A stretch of 64,000 nucleotides of DNA from an uncultured Chloroflexia bacterium (GTDB taxonomy: Bacteria > Chloroflexota > Limnocylindria > QHBO01), in contig CAWBBG010000006.1 of assembly GCA_963787025.1 (NCBI GenBank), positions 922 to 64,921 of the forward strand, given 5' to 3'. Numbering within the stretch: the first letter of the stretch is position 1; each line of letters opens with the position of its first letter. Positions 1-8,117 of this stretch are shown one piece after another. The notes beneath the pieces were generated by a model. That model had not been told where the DNA came from. It did no database searches and was given only the letters and a program-made list of their open reading frames with translations. The position numbers and the translations under genes are program-made.

Positions 1-710
1 ACCACGTTGTGCTCCGTCGCACCCGGGATGCGGTACTGCGTGTGCTTCTGGATCCACAGGATCGCCAGGTGGGTCAGCACCCCGCCGATGAGGAGCGCCG
101 GCAGGAGCATCACGTGGAAGACGAAGAGCCGGCTGATGATCTCCTTGGTCGGGAACTCGCCGCCGAAGAGCAGGAAGCCGAGATACGGACCGACGAACGG
201 GATGCTGATGACGACCGAGTAGATGATCCGCAGGCCGGTCCCGCTGATCAGGTCGTCCGGCAGGGAGTAGCCGGTGATCCCCATCGCCATCGCCATCGTC
301 AGCAGTCCGATGCCGACCAGCCAGTTGAGCTCGCGCGGCTTGCGGAAGGCGCCGGTGAAGAAGATGCGCATGACGTGGATGGCGATGGCGGCCACGAAGA
401 TCAGCGCGGCCCAGTGGTGGATCTGGCGCATGACGAGGCCCGCGCGCACCTCGAAGCTGAGACGCAGCACGCTGTTGAAGGCCGCGGAGACCTGCTGGCC
501 CTGGAGCGGCGCCCAGGGTCCCGCGTAGGTCACCTGGGTCGCGTCCGGGACGTAGAAAAGGGTCAGGTAGACACCGGTCGCGACCAGGACCGCGAGGCAG
601 AAGAGAGCCACCTCTCCCAGCAGGAACGACCAGTGGTCCGGAAAGATCTTGCGCAGGCCGGTACGCGCCCAGGAGGCGGTGCCCAGCCGATCGTCGATCC
701 AGGCCAGCAT
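1..710 (-). CDS. qcrB: cytochrome b subunit of menaquinol-cytochrome c reductase (QcrB), N-terminal part; the C-terminus runs off the window start
   Basis: Absent from the ORF track because it is open at the window edge. Reverse translation from ATG (cat 708-710) reads MLAWIDDRLGTASWARTGLRKIFPDHWSFLLGEVALF...RQIHHWAALIFVAAIAIHVMRIFFTGAFRKPRELNW, a typical QcrB N-terminus with haem-ligand His. It starts 4 nt after the qcrA stop. Confidence 0.9.
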   Translation of the reverse strand, partial: MLAWIDDRLGTASWARTGLRKIFPDHWSFLLGEVALFCLAVLVATGVYLTLFYVPDATQVTYAGPWAPLQGQQVSAAFNSVLRLSFEVRAGLVMRQIHHWAALIFVAAIAIHVMRIFFTGAFRKPRELNWLVGIGLLTMAMAMGITGYSLPDDLISGTGLRIIYSVVISIPFVGPYLGFLLFGGEFPTKEIISRLFVFHVMLLPALLIGGVLTHLAILWIQKHTQYRIPGATEHNV

Positions 711-714
711 CGGC

Positions 715-1563
715 TCAGGCGCCCTCGCTCGGCTGCGGATCGGTCATGTTCCAGAAGCCGGGACCGATAGGCTCCGGGAAGTCGCCCAGGGCCACCAGGT
801 AGCCGTCCGCGTCGACCTCCATCGGCAGCTGGGGCAGGGGTCGTGCGGCCGGGCCGAAGACGACGGTGGCACCGTCGAGAACGTCGAACGTGGACTGGTG
901 GCACGGGCAGAGAAGCTGGTGCTGCTTGGCCCGGTAGAGGCCCACCGGGCAGCCGGCGTGGGTGCAGACCTTGGAGTAGGCGAGGGCGCCGTCCGGGGCC
1001 CATGTGTTGCGACCGTCCGGCAGCTTCAGGTCCGCGGGACGAACCTTGATGAGCAGGGTCTGGCTGTCGGGCCGGCCCACGAAGCCCTCGGGGAAGACGG
1101 TGCGCACGCTGTTGAGCGGCAGGTCGCCCGGGCGCACCGGGTGACCGGCGCTGTCTACCACCCGACGACCCTTGCGCCACGCGGTCCTGAACAGGTCCTG
1201 CCCGGGGGTGGGTCCCAAAGAGAAGGCCGGCAGGACCAACGCGGCCGCGAGCGCCGCCCCGGCGCCGGCCAAAAGCCGGATCAGGAAGCGTCGACGGCTG
1301 ATCTGCTGCGGTGCCAGCGCCGCATCGGCGGCGGCTCGAGCCTCCGCGGACGAGGCGAGCGAATGCCGCTCCTCGGACTCGGTCGGCGCGTCCAGGAGGG
1401 CCACGGCCCAGATGATGATGGCGGTTCCGAAGCCCCCCAGCGCGAGGGCCAGGAAGATCGCCTCGACCTGCGGGCCTCCGTTGACCAGGTAGATGATCAC
1501 CAGGCCGATGGAGGCGGCAATCGAGACCAGGAGCGAAAGCGTGATACCGCGGGATGCGGTCAT
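715..1563 (-). CDS. qcrA: Rieske 2Fe-2S subunit of menaquinol-cytochrome c reductase (QcrA)
   Basis: ORF 715..1563 (282 aa). Rieske motifs CTHAGCP and CPCHQSTF. N-terminal TM helices plus an internal SRRRFLIRLL twin-arginine-like segment. ATGA overlap with the qcrC stop (1560-1563). Confidence 0.92.
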   Translation of the reverse strand: MTASRGITLSLLVSIAASIGLVIIYLVNGGPQVEAIFLALALGGFGTAIIIWAVALLDAPTESEERHSLASSAEARAAADAALAPQQISRRRFLIRLLAGAGAALAAALVLPAFSLGPTPGQDLFRTAWRKGRRVVDSAGHPVRPGDLPLNSVRTVFPEGFVGRPDSQTLLIKVRPADLKLPDGRNTWAPDGALAYSKVCTHAGCPVGLYRAKQHQLLCPCHQSTFDVLDGATVVFGPAARPLPQLPMEVDADGYLVALGDFPEPIGPGFWNMTDPQPSEGA

Positions 1564-2360
1564 GACGAGGCCCCCTTCCAGTCTCGGGCGATGAGCACCA
1601 TGATGACGAGCAGCAGCGCGATGCCCACCAGCCAGGCGGCATAGCCCTCAGGGACCGGACCGATGCCCCCGATCGAGAACCCTCCCGGGTTCGGCGCGGA
1701 GTGCAGGTACTCGACGTAGCTCACGATCGCGTTCCGATCCGTGTCGGAGACCCCGCTGAAGACGGGCATCTGCCCGGGACCGATGATCATGGCCTCCGCC
1801 ACCTGGACCGCGGTCGCCCGGTCAAGCGGCGGAGCGAGCGCCCCACCCCCCACCGCGCCCCCATTGGCCGTGACGCCGTGGCATGGAGCGCAGTTCTCCA
1901 CGAACAGCCGTTGCCCGTGCGGGATCTGGGCGGCATCGATGCTTGGCGCTGGAATCGCCGGTCCGGGGGCGAGGGACGCGACATAGGCGACCAGGGCCTT
2001 GATCGAGACGTCATCGAAGGCCGGCGGCTTGCGAACCGGCTGGGACCCGGTGGGTCCGGCGAACGGCATGCGGCCGGTGCGCAGCTCGAAATCGGCAGCC
2101 GCCGCGCCCACGCCCGCCAGGTTCGGCCCGATCGCCGTTCCCCCACCGTCCGGACCGTGGCAGGTCTGGCAGTGCGCAAGGTAGAGCGCCCTGCCGGCCG
2201 CGACGTCGCTCGCCGGGTCGGCCATGACTGCCGTTTCCGGCTGCCGTTCTGCGGGCACGGCGAACACACTAGGGACGAGCGCGAGGGCGGCGGCGCTGCC
2301 GAGCAGCACCATCGCGAGAAGCCGGAGCCGTCGCATCAGTCCCGCAATCATAGGGCCCAT
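1560..2360 (-). CDS. qcrC: di-haem cytochrome c subunit (QcrC)
   Basis: ORF 1560..2360 (266 aa). Two CxxCH haem-c motifs (CQTCHG, CAPCHG) and an N-terminal hydrophobic signal/anchor. Alternative ATG starts at 2351 and 2336. Confidence 0.9.
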   Translation of the reverse strand: MGPMIAGLMRRLRLLAMVLLGSAAALALVPSVFAVPAERQPETAVMADPASDVAAGRALYLAHCQTCHGPDGGGTAIGPNLAGVGAAAADFELRTGRMPFAGPTGSQPVRKPPAFDDVSIKALVAYVASLAPGPAIPAPSIDAAQIPHGQRLFVENCAPCHGVTANGGAVGGGALAPPLDRATAVQVAEAMIIGPGQMPVFSGVSDTDRNAIVSYVEYLHSAPNPGGFSIGGIGPVPEGYAAWLVGIALLLVIMVLIARDWKGASS

Positions 2361-2364
2361 GCCC

Positions 2365-2715
2365 TCAGCCGGTGGAGGCGAGGCGCCAGACGAGGATCAG
2401 CAGGATGCCCAGCGCGACCGCGGTGACCCAGGCGCGCGGACGCGGCGGTGCCTCCGAAGCGAAGGTCGCCGCCAGCGGAAGGACCGCCGTCGCGGCGAGG
2501 CCGTAGACGAGGTGCAGGGGCTCGGCCGGGCGTGACCCGGCGAGGTAGGTCAGCGCACCAATGGCGGCCTGCAGCACGACCAGGCCCAGCACGGCGGACC
2601 GCAGGGGGTCCACCCATCGGGCGCCACCGCGCAGCCCCGCCCAGGCGGCGCCGACCGTCGCCAGGGCGGCCGCAATGAACACGACGAGGGCGCCGACCGC
2701 GTGCAGGGTGGGCAC
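2365..2715 (-). CDS. small hypothetical membrane protein
   Basis: ORF 2365..2715 (116 aa). Ala/Leu/Val-rich with 3-4 hydrophobic helices and no motif I recognise. It is squeezed 4 nt upstream of qcrC and 3 nt downstream of the methyltransferase gene. Confidence 0.55.
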   Translation of the reverse strand: MPTLHAVGALVVFIAAALATVGAAWAGLRGGARWVDPLRSAVLGLVVLQAAIGALTYLAGSRPAEPLHLVYGLAATAVLPLAATFASEAPPRPRAWVTAVALGILLILVWRLASTG

Positions 2716-2718
2716 GGC

Positions 2719-3210
2719 TCAATAGACCCACGGGATGAACCGACGGGTCCGCGCCACGTACGCCGCGTAGCCGGCATAGCGCTCCGTGAGCCATTGCTCC
2801 TCGCGGCGGGCCTTCAGGTCGAACCAGGCTGCGAGCGCAAGGACGAAAACCAGCGACAGCGGACTGGTCGAGACCAGGGCCCAGCCGAGGGAGCCTGCGA
2901 TGATGCCGGAGTAGATCGGATGGCGCAGGCGCCCGTAGACCCCGTGCTCCACGAGCTCCGCGTCGAGCCGGGGCCGCGGCACGGCGGTCAGGTTGCGTCC
3001 CAGGCCGCGGAGGCCGGCGAGGCTGAGCGCTCCCCCACCGGCAATGAACGCGATACCCACCGTGGCGGCCACCCATCGAGCGTTGCCGTTGAGCGACGGG
3101 TACGGCAGGGCCAGCGCCCCGCTGACGGCGATGCCCATGAGCAGGACCACCTGACCTGCGACCCAGCCCTCGCCGTGGGGACCCAGGGCGGGAATACGCG
3201 ATGACGACAC
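2719..3210 (-). CDS. membrane methyltransferase of the ICMT/PEMT family
   Basis: ORF 2719..3210 (163 aa). Polytopic. C-terminal signature LVEHGVYGRLRHPIYSGIIAGSLGWAL is typical of isoprenylcysteine carboxyl / phospholipid methyltransferase-like proteins. Confidence 0.7.
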   Translation of the reverse strand: MSSSRIPALGPHGEGWVAGQVVLLMGIAVSGALALPYPSLNGNARWVAATVGIAFIAGGGALSLAGLRGLGRNLTAVPRPRLDAELVEHGVYGRLRHPIYSGIIAGSLGWALVSTSPLSLVFVLALAAWFDLKARREEQWLTERYAGYAAYVARTRRFIPWVY

Positions 3211-3213
3211 CGG

Positions 3214-5700
3214 CTAGCCCGGGAAGAGGCGACGAAGGCGCCGGTACGCGTTGGCCGCAGGACCCCGCCGGCCGTGCAACCAGTCCTCGTTCGTCGAGCC
3301 AGGCAGGTGCGGGCGCGTGGTTGGGAGCACCGGCTCGGACGCCGCCGGCGCAGGTGGTGGCGCGATCAGTGGCTCTGATGGTCGCTGTGGGGCCGCGGCG
3401 GTCGCGGACGTCTCCGGCCCGTCGGCGTGAGACGACGGGGACTCGGGCACCATCGCGGGCTCCGCCGTGTCTGGCTGCACCGGCGGGGGTGCTGGCGATT
3501 CCACACTCACGGCCTCCAGCGGTGCCCGTAGCGAGGCCAATGCTTCGTCGAGCTCCTCGGCGCCGGGAAGGGTCACCTCGCCGGCGCCCGGCGCCGGTGG
3601 GGCCCACGCCGATGGCGCATCTGCGACCGGCGGCTCGAAGACCGGCGCATCTGCGACCGGCGGTTCGAAGATCGGCGGTTCGAAGACCGGCGCCCCGGTA
3701 GGCTCCGCCGTGTCGGCCGCCGGCGTTGTCACTGGCTCCAGGTCGGGGGACTGAGGCTCGGACGGACCGGGATGCTCACCGAGGAGCGAGCGGATCGCCG
3801 AGAGCTCCGCGTCGTCCCACCCTCGCAATCGCGCCAGCCGGTCGAGCTCCTCGTCCTCGGCCGAGGGCTGTGGCTCCTCGTGGATCTCCGGTACCGCCGC
3901 CGTCTCTGCCTCCCCGAGCCCGCTCCACGCGGTGGTGCTCGGCCGGAACTCATCGCCCAGCCACATGAGCTCTTCCTCGTACGCGTCCGACGACGCTGCG
4001 GACACCCCCCGAGGCGGCTCGACCGGCTCGCTCGCGACGTCTGGCTCGGGCAGGTCGATCACCGACTCGGCTGCCGGTTCGTAGAGGAGCAGGTAGTCGT
4101 CCGTGGCGTCTGCAGCGTCCCCGATGGACGTCGTTGGCTCCTGGGCTGCCAGCCCTTCGATCTCGGCCGCGATCTCCTCCTCCGGCGGCGCTGGCCAGGC
4201 AGCCATCTCGGGAATCGTCCGCAGATCATCGGATGCCGCGGACGGAACGGCGATCTCGGGCGCTTCCGACTCGGGTTCCGGCATCATTCGACTGGCATCG
4301 GCTTCCTCGTGCGGCTCCTCGGCGTCGGCCTCTGCGGGGACTGGCTCTCCGGTGTCGGCGTCGGCCTCAGCCGCGACATCGGTCGCCGTCTCAGCATCTG
4401 CCTCTGCGGGGACCGGCTCTGCGGTGTCGACTTCGGCCTCTGCCGGAATTAGCTCTACCGGGACCGGCTCTGCCGCAGAGAGGGCCGCAGGTGCGGAGGG
4501 TTCCGGCTCCCAGCCGCCGGCGATATCCTCCTCCGCGATCCAGTCCGGCTCGTCCCACTCCGACGAGTACCCCACCGGCTCCTCGACCTCGGACGTCGGG
4601 GGCTCGGTCATCGCCTCCGCCTCGGGGGATGGCTCGCCCGCCATCGGCTCCTCGACCTCGGCCGCCGCGCCTGAAGCAACCTCCTCTTCCGGCAATGCCG
4701 CGCTGGGTGCCACGGATGCGGGCGCGGTGAGCTGATCCGGTTCCAGGAGTGCTTCGGTCGTCACTCCGGGCTCGGCCATCGGGAGTGGGCCGGTACCCGC
4801 GGCCTGCTCCCGCTGCAGGCTGGCAAGCGCCTGGGCCGCTTCCTCGGCGCCGGGAAGCTGAGCGACCGTCGGGTCCTCGGCGCGTGCCAGCGCCTCCGCG
4901 ATCCCGCTCACCGCTGACCGCGAGCCCTGCCGACGACGGCGTGGACGGCGTGACACCTCCGGCGCGGCTCCCGGCTCGGGGTCGGGCTCGGGCTCGACGC
5001 GATCCTCCGTGGCTGGCGGCTCCCCCGCGTCGGAAGGCGGGGATGCCTCGGCCCGTGTCTCGGTTGCGCCCGCCTCGGCCTGTGTCTCGGTTGCGCCCGC
5101 ATCGGCCGGGACCGCTGGCTGCGGGGATGGCGTTTCCTGCAGCGCAGCACCATCCCCATCGGCAGACGCGACGGGCTCTGTGGATGCGGGCTCCGGGGGT
5201 TCGCCGGGAGGCGCAGGCTCGGCGGACTCCGGGGGCGGTTGCACTCCGGGCGCCTCAGGTGCGGAGGGTGCCGCCCAGTCCGACGCCCATCCCGAGGGGC
5301 CGGGAAGGCGTAGATCCAGCCGTGCCTCGAGCACCTCGACCCGCGTGCGCAGCCCGGCCACCTCGCCTCGGGCCTCTCCCAGAGCCAGCAGGGCCTGGCC
5401 GTACCGCTCGGTCAGGTTCCGGAACTCCGTCAGCAGCTCACGGAACGGGGATGCCTCGAACGCGGCATCGTTGTGATCACCCTTCCCGTTGCCGTTCTCG
5501 GTGCCCGTATCGGCGCGGTCCAGCGCTTCCCCGGCCTGTGGGCCCGATGGGATCGCAGCGGTCGTCCCACGCAGGTAGACGCGCATGCCGCCATCGTCCT
5601 CCGGGGTCCCGGCCAGGACGCCTCGGGCAAGCAGCTCCCAGACGCGTCCCTTCGGCACCCCGAGGACGGTTGCCGCCTCCTCGACCGAGTAGCCTTCCAT
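3214..5700 (-). CDS. large acidic Pro/Glu/Ala-rich protein with an N-terminal excisionase/MerR-like HTH and a basic C-terminal tail
   Basis: ORF 3214..5862 (882 aa). The likely true start is ATG at 5700 (MEGYSVEEAATVLGVPKGRVWELLARGVL, HTH_17-like). This is followed by a heptad-like segment (LTERYGQALLALGEARGEVAGLRTRVEVLEARL), then about 700 aa of low-complexity acidic sequence with internal repeats. It ends in NEDWLHGRRGPAANAYRRLRRLFPG. Confidence 0.7.
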   Translation of the reverse strand: MEGYSVEEAATVLGVPKGRVWELLARGVLAGTPEDDGGMRVYLRGTTAAIPSGPQAGEALDRADTGTENGNGKGDHNDAAFEASPFRELLTEFRNLTERYGQALLALGEARGEVAGLRTRVEVLEARLDLRLPGPSGWASDWAAPSAPEAPGVQPPPESAEPAPPGEPPEPASTEPVASADGDGAALQETPSPQPAVPADAGATETQAEAGATETRAEASPPSDAGEPPATEDRVEPEPDPEPGAAPEVSRRPRRRRQGSRSAVSGIAEALARAEDPTVAQLPGAEEAAQALASLQREQAAGTGPLPMAEPGVTTEALLEPDQLTAPASVAPSAALPEEEVASGAAAEVEEPMAGEPSPEAEAMTEPPTSEVEEPVGYSSEWDEPDWIAEEDIAGGWEPEPSAPAALSAAEPVPVELIPAEAEVDTAEPVPAEADAETATDVAAEADADTGEPVPAEADAEEPHEEADASRMMPEPESEAPEIAVPSAASDDLRTIPEMAAWPAPPEEEIAAEIEGLAAQEPTTSIGDAADATDDYLLLYEPAAESVIDLPEPDVASEPVEPPRGVSAASSDAYEEELMWLGDEFRPSTTAWSGLGEAETAAVPEIHEEPQPSAEDEELDRLARLRGWDDAELSAIRSLLGEHPGPSEPQSPDLEPVTTPAADTAEPTGAPVFEPPIFEPPVADAPVFEPPVADAPSAWAPPAPGAGEVTLPGAEELDEALASLRAPLEAVSVESPAPPPVQPDTAEPAMVPESPSSHADGPETSATAAAPQRPSEPLIAPPPAPAASEPVLPTTRPHLPGSTNEDWLHGRRGPAANAYRRLRRLFPG
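3614..3688. repeat. intragenic tandem repeat, 30 bp x 2.5
   Basis: ggcgcatctgcgaccggcgg(c/t)tcgaaga(c/t)c occurs at 3614-3643 and 3644-3673, with a half unit at 3674-3688. It encodes PVFEPPVADA / PIFEPP repeats of the acidic protein. Confidence 0.85.
5045..5098. repeat. intragenic tandem repeat, 27 bp x 2
   Basis: gcctcggcc(c/t)gtgtctcggttgcgccc occurs at 5045-5071 and 5072-5098. It encodes GATETQAEA / GATETRAEA. Confidence 0.85.
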
Positions 5701-5891
5701 CAGGGGCAGATAGGGTAACGCCTCGCGTCCGCGTCGGCGATAGATGCCGGGCCACGCCGACGACAGGCGGCCGTGCCGCGACAGGCGATGCCGTGCTCCC
5801 GCACCACTGCGCACAGGCGCCGCGCAGCCGATCTTGTCCGTCGCTATCATCCTCGGGCCCATGATCTATTGCAGCCTGTGAGCAAGCCCAT

Positions 5892-8063
5892 TTGAGCAAG
5901 CCAGTCGAGATTCCGGTTCTCGCCGAGCACGACCTGAATCTCCCCAGCGGCCTCGAGGGACTCGGGGAGCTGGCGTATAACCTGTGGTGGAGCTGGACGC
6001 CGCGGGCAGGCCGGCTCTTCAGCCGCATCGATTCGACCCTCTGGGCACGCCACCACAACCCGATCCCGGTCCTTCGCGGCACGGACGCAGCTCGCTGGGC
6101 CGATCTCACGGCGGACGAGGATTTCATGGTCGACGCCAGTCGACTCCTCGACGAGTTCGGCCGCTACCTGGCGAACGGCTCGGACAGCTGGTACCGGCGT
6201 GCCGCCGAGGAGGATCCCGATCGGGCACTCAGCAAGCCGGTCGCCTACTTCTGCGCCGAGTTCGGCATCCACGAGTCGATGCAGATCTACTCGGGCGGGC
6301 TCGGCATCCTGGCCGGCGACCACTGCAAGTCCGCGTCTGACGCGGCGGTGCCGTTCGTGGCAGTGGGGCTCCTCTACCGACACGGCTACTTCCGCCAGCA
6401 GATCGACGCCGACGGCCACCAGGAGCACACCCAGCCGTACCTGGACCCGATGCAGCTGCCGCTCCGGCGCGCCCGCGCCCGGGACGGCTCGCCGCTGCGC
6501 GTCTCGCTCGACTTCCCGGGGCGACTCGTCAACGCCGCGGTGTGGGTGGCCCAGGTGGGTCGTGTTCCCCTGCTGCTGCTCGACACCGACATCCCCAGCA
6601 ACGACCCTGCGGACCGGCCGATCACCGACATCCTCTACGTCCGCGGACGGGAGATGCGCCTCTGCCAGGAGATCGTCCTGGGAATCGGCGGGGTGCGCGC
6701 CCTGCGAGCCTTGGGGATCGAACCCGGCGTGTGGCACCTCAACGAGGGACACTCGGCGTTCCTCCTGCTCGAGCGAGCGAGCGAGCTGGTGGCCGCATCT
6801 CCTGGTCTCCCGATCCGCGAGGCGCTGGGACGCGTCGGGCGCGATGCGGTGTTCACCATCCACACGCCCGTACCCGCAGGCAACGAGGTCTTCGACCGCA
6901 CTCTCGTGAGCAAGAACCTTGCGCCGTGGTTCGAGCACACCGGGTGTGATGTCGGCGAGCTCCTCGAGCTGGGACGTGGCCACACCGACGACCCAAACGC
7001 GCCGTTCGACATGACCGCGTTCGTCCTGCGCAACACCGCCGACGCGAACGCCGTGAGCCAGCTGCACGCCCGAACCGCTACCGAGACCTGGCAGGGGATC
7101 GCCGGCCACCCCATCTCGGCCGTGACCAACGGCGTCCATGTCGCAAGCTGGCTCGGTCCTCCCCTGCGCAACCACTACGAGCGGGCGGCGGGCGTCTCGC
7201 TCGCGTCGGATGTCCCGGGCCCGGAGCCGTTCGAGCAGCTGAGCCGCATCAACGACAGCGATCTGTGGGGTGCCCACCAGCAGCAGAAGCGCGAGCTCTT
7301 CGGCTTCGCGGAGCGCCGTCTGGCCCGACAGTTCGCGCGCCACGGCGAGTCGCCCGACGTCCTGCGTCAGATCCGCGGACGCCTCGATCCCGAGGCGCTC
7401 ACCATCGGCTTCGCGCGCCGCTTCGCCACCTATAAGCGGGCGGACCTCATCTTCCGCGACGAGGACCGGCTCGCCCGGCTCGTCTCGAACGCGGAACGGC
7501 CGGTCCAGATCGTGCTGGCCGGCAAGGCCCATCCCGCGGATCGACCGGGCCAGCAGGTGATCCAGCACATCTTCAGCCTGAGCCGCTCCGGGCAGCTGCG
7601 CGGGCGGGTGTTCATCGTCGAGGATTACGACATCCGCATCGCGCGCTTCCTGGTCAGGGGCGTCGACATCTGGCTCAACAATCCACGTCGGCCGATGGAG
7701 GCGTCAGGCACCTCGGGAATGAAGGCGGCCATCAACGGCATCCCGTCGGTGAGCATCCTCGACGGTTGGTGGGACGAGGGCTTCAACGGGCGGAACGGGT
7801 GGGCCATCGGCGGACGCGAGACGAGCGGGGACGAGCTGGCCCAGGACGAGGCCGATGCCGCTGAGCTCTATCGGCTCCTGGAGGAGGAGATCGTGCCGCG
7901 CTTCTTCACCCGTGACGGGGACGGCGTCCCGCGCGCGTGGGTCGAGGTCATGCGTGCCGCGGTGGCGGGCTCCATCTGGCGCTTCTCCACGGCCCGGATG
8001 CTGGGCGAGTACGTCGATCGGCTCTACCTGCCGGCCTCACGCGCCCGCGTCTCCGCGGGCTGA
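5892..8063 (+). CDS. glgP: alpha-glucan (maltodextrin/glycogen) phosphorylase, GT35
   Basis: ORF 5892..8063 (723 aa, TTG start). AYFCAEFGIHESMQIYSGGLGILAGDHCKSASD and the pyridoxal-phosphate lysine region EASGTSGMKAAINGIP. Confidence 0.9.
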   Translation: MSKPVEIPVLAEHDLNLPSGLEGLGELAYNLWWSWTPRAGRLFSRIDSTLWARHHNPIPVLRGTDAARWADLTADEDFMVDASRLLDEFGRYLANGSDSWYRRAAEEDPDRALSKPVAYFCAEFGIHESMQIYSGGLGILAGDHCKSASDAAVPFVAVGLLYRHGYFRQQIDADGHQEHTQPYLDPMQLPLRRARARDGSPLRVSLDFPGRLVNAAVWVAQVGRVPLLLLDTDIPSNDPADRPITDILYVRGREMRLCQEIVLGIGGVRALRALGIEPGVWHLNEGHSAFLLLERASELVAASPGLPIREALGRVGRDAVFTIHTPVPAGNEVFDRTLVSKNLAPWFEHTGCDVGELLELGRGHTDDPNAPFDMTAFVLRNTADANAVSQLHARTATETWQGIAGHPISAVTNGVHVASWLGPPLRNHYERAAGVSLASDVPGPEPFEQLSRINDSDLWGAHQQQKRELFGFAERRLARQFARHGESPDVLRQIRGRLDPEALTIGFARRFATYKRADLIFRDEDRLARLVSNAERPVQIVLAGKAHPADRPGQQVIQHIFSLSRSGQLRGRVFIVEDYDIRIARFLVRGVDIWLNNPRRPMEASGTSGMKAAINGIPSVSILDGWWDEGFNGRNGWAIGGRETSGDELAQDEADAAELYRLLEEEIVPRFFTRDGDGVPRAWVEVMRAAVAGSIWRFSTARMLGEYVDRLYLPASRARVSAG

Positions 8064-8084
8064 GGACTCTCCGCGGGCTGAGGA
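8051..8084. repeat. tandem duplication with an 18-bp period that includes the glgP stop codon
   Basis: ctccgcgggctgagga at 8051-8066 and again at 8069-8084, with a ct spacer. The stop context SAG-TGA is therefore present twice. Confidence 0.8.
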
Positions 8085-8117
8085 TCGCGCGATCGGACGC
8101 CCGGACGCAGGACAGAC

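Noticed and set aside
3600-5110. Direct repeats in the acidic-protein gene as a possible CRISPR or other repeat array
   Set aside because: The units are contiguous, with no spacers, and keep the reading frame (27 and 30 bp). They encode peptide repeats inside a long ORF, so they are intragenic tandem repeats.
5847-7568. Long antisense ORF (573 aa) opposite glgP, with many similar cases: 9..770+, 563..1642-, 11819..13186+, 14008..15840+, 17195..19141+, 33044..35611-, 36180..37895-, 37908..39374-, 42250..43542-, 50014..51702-, 55235..57172-, 58024..59685-
   Set aside because: These are shadow ORFs typical of very GC-rich DNA. Their translations are Arg/Gly/Pro/Asp-rich with no motifs, and each overlaps a gene with clear family signatures on the other strand or frame.
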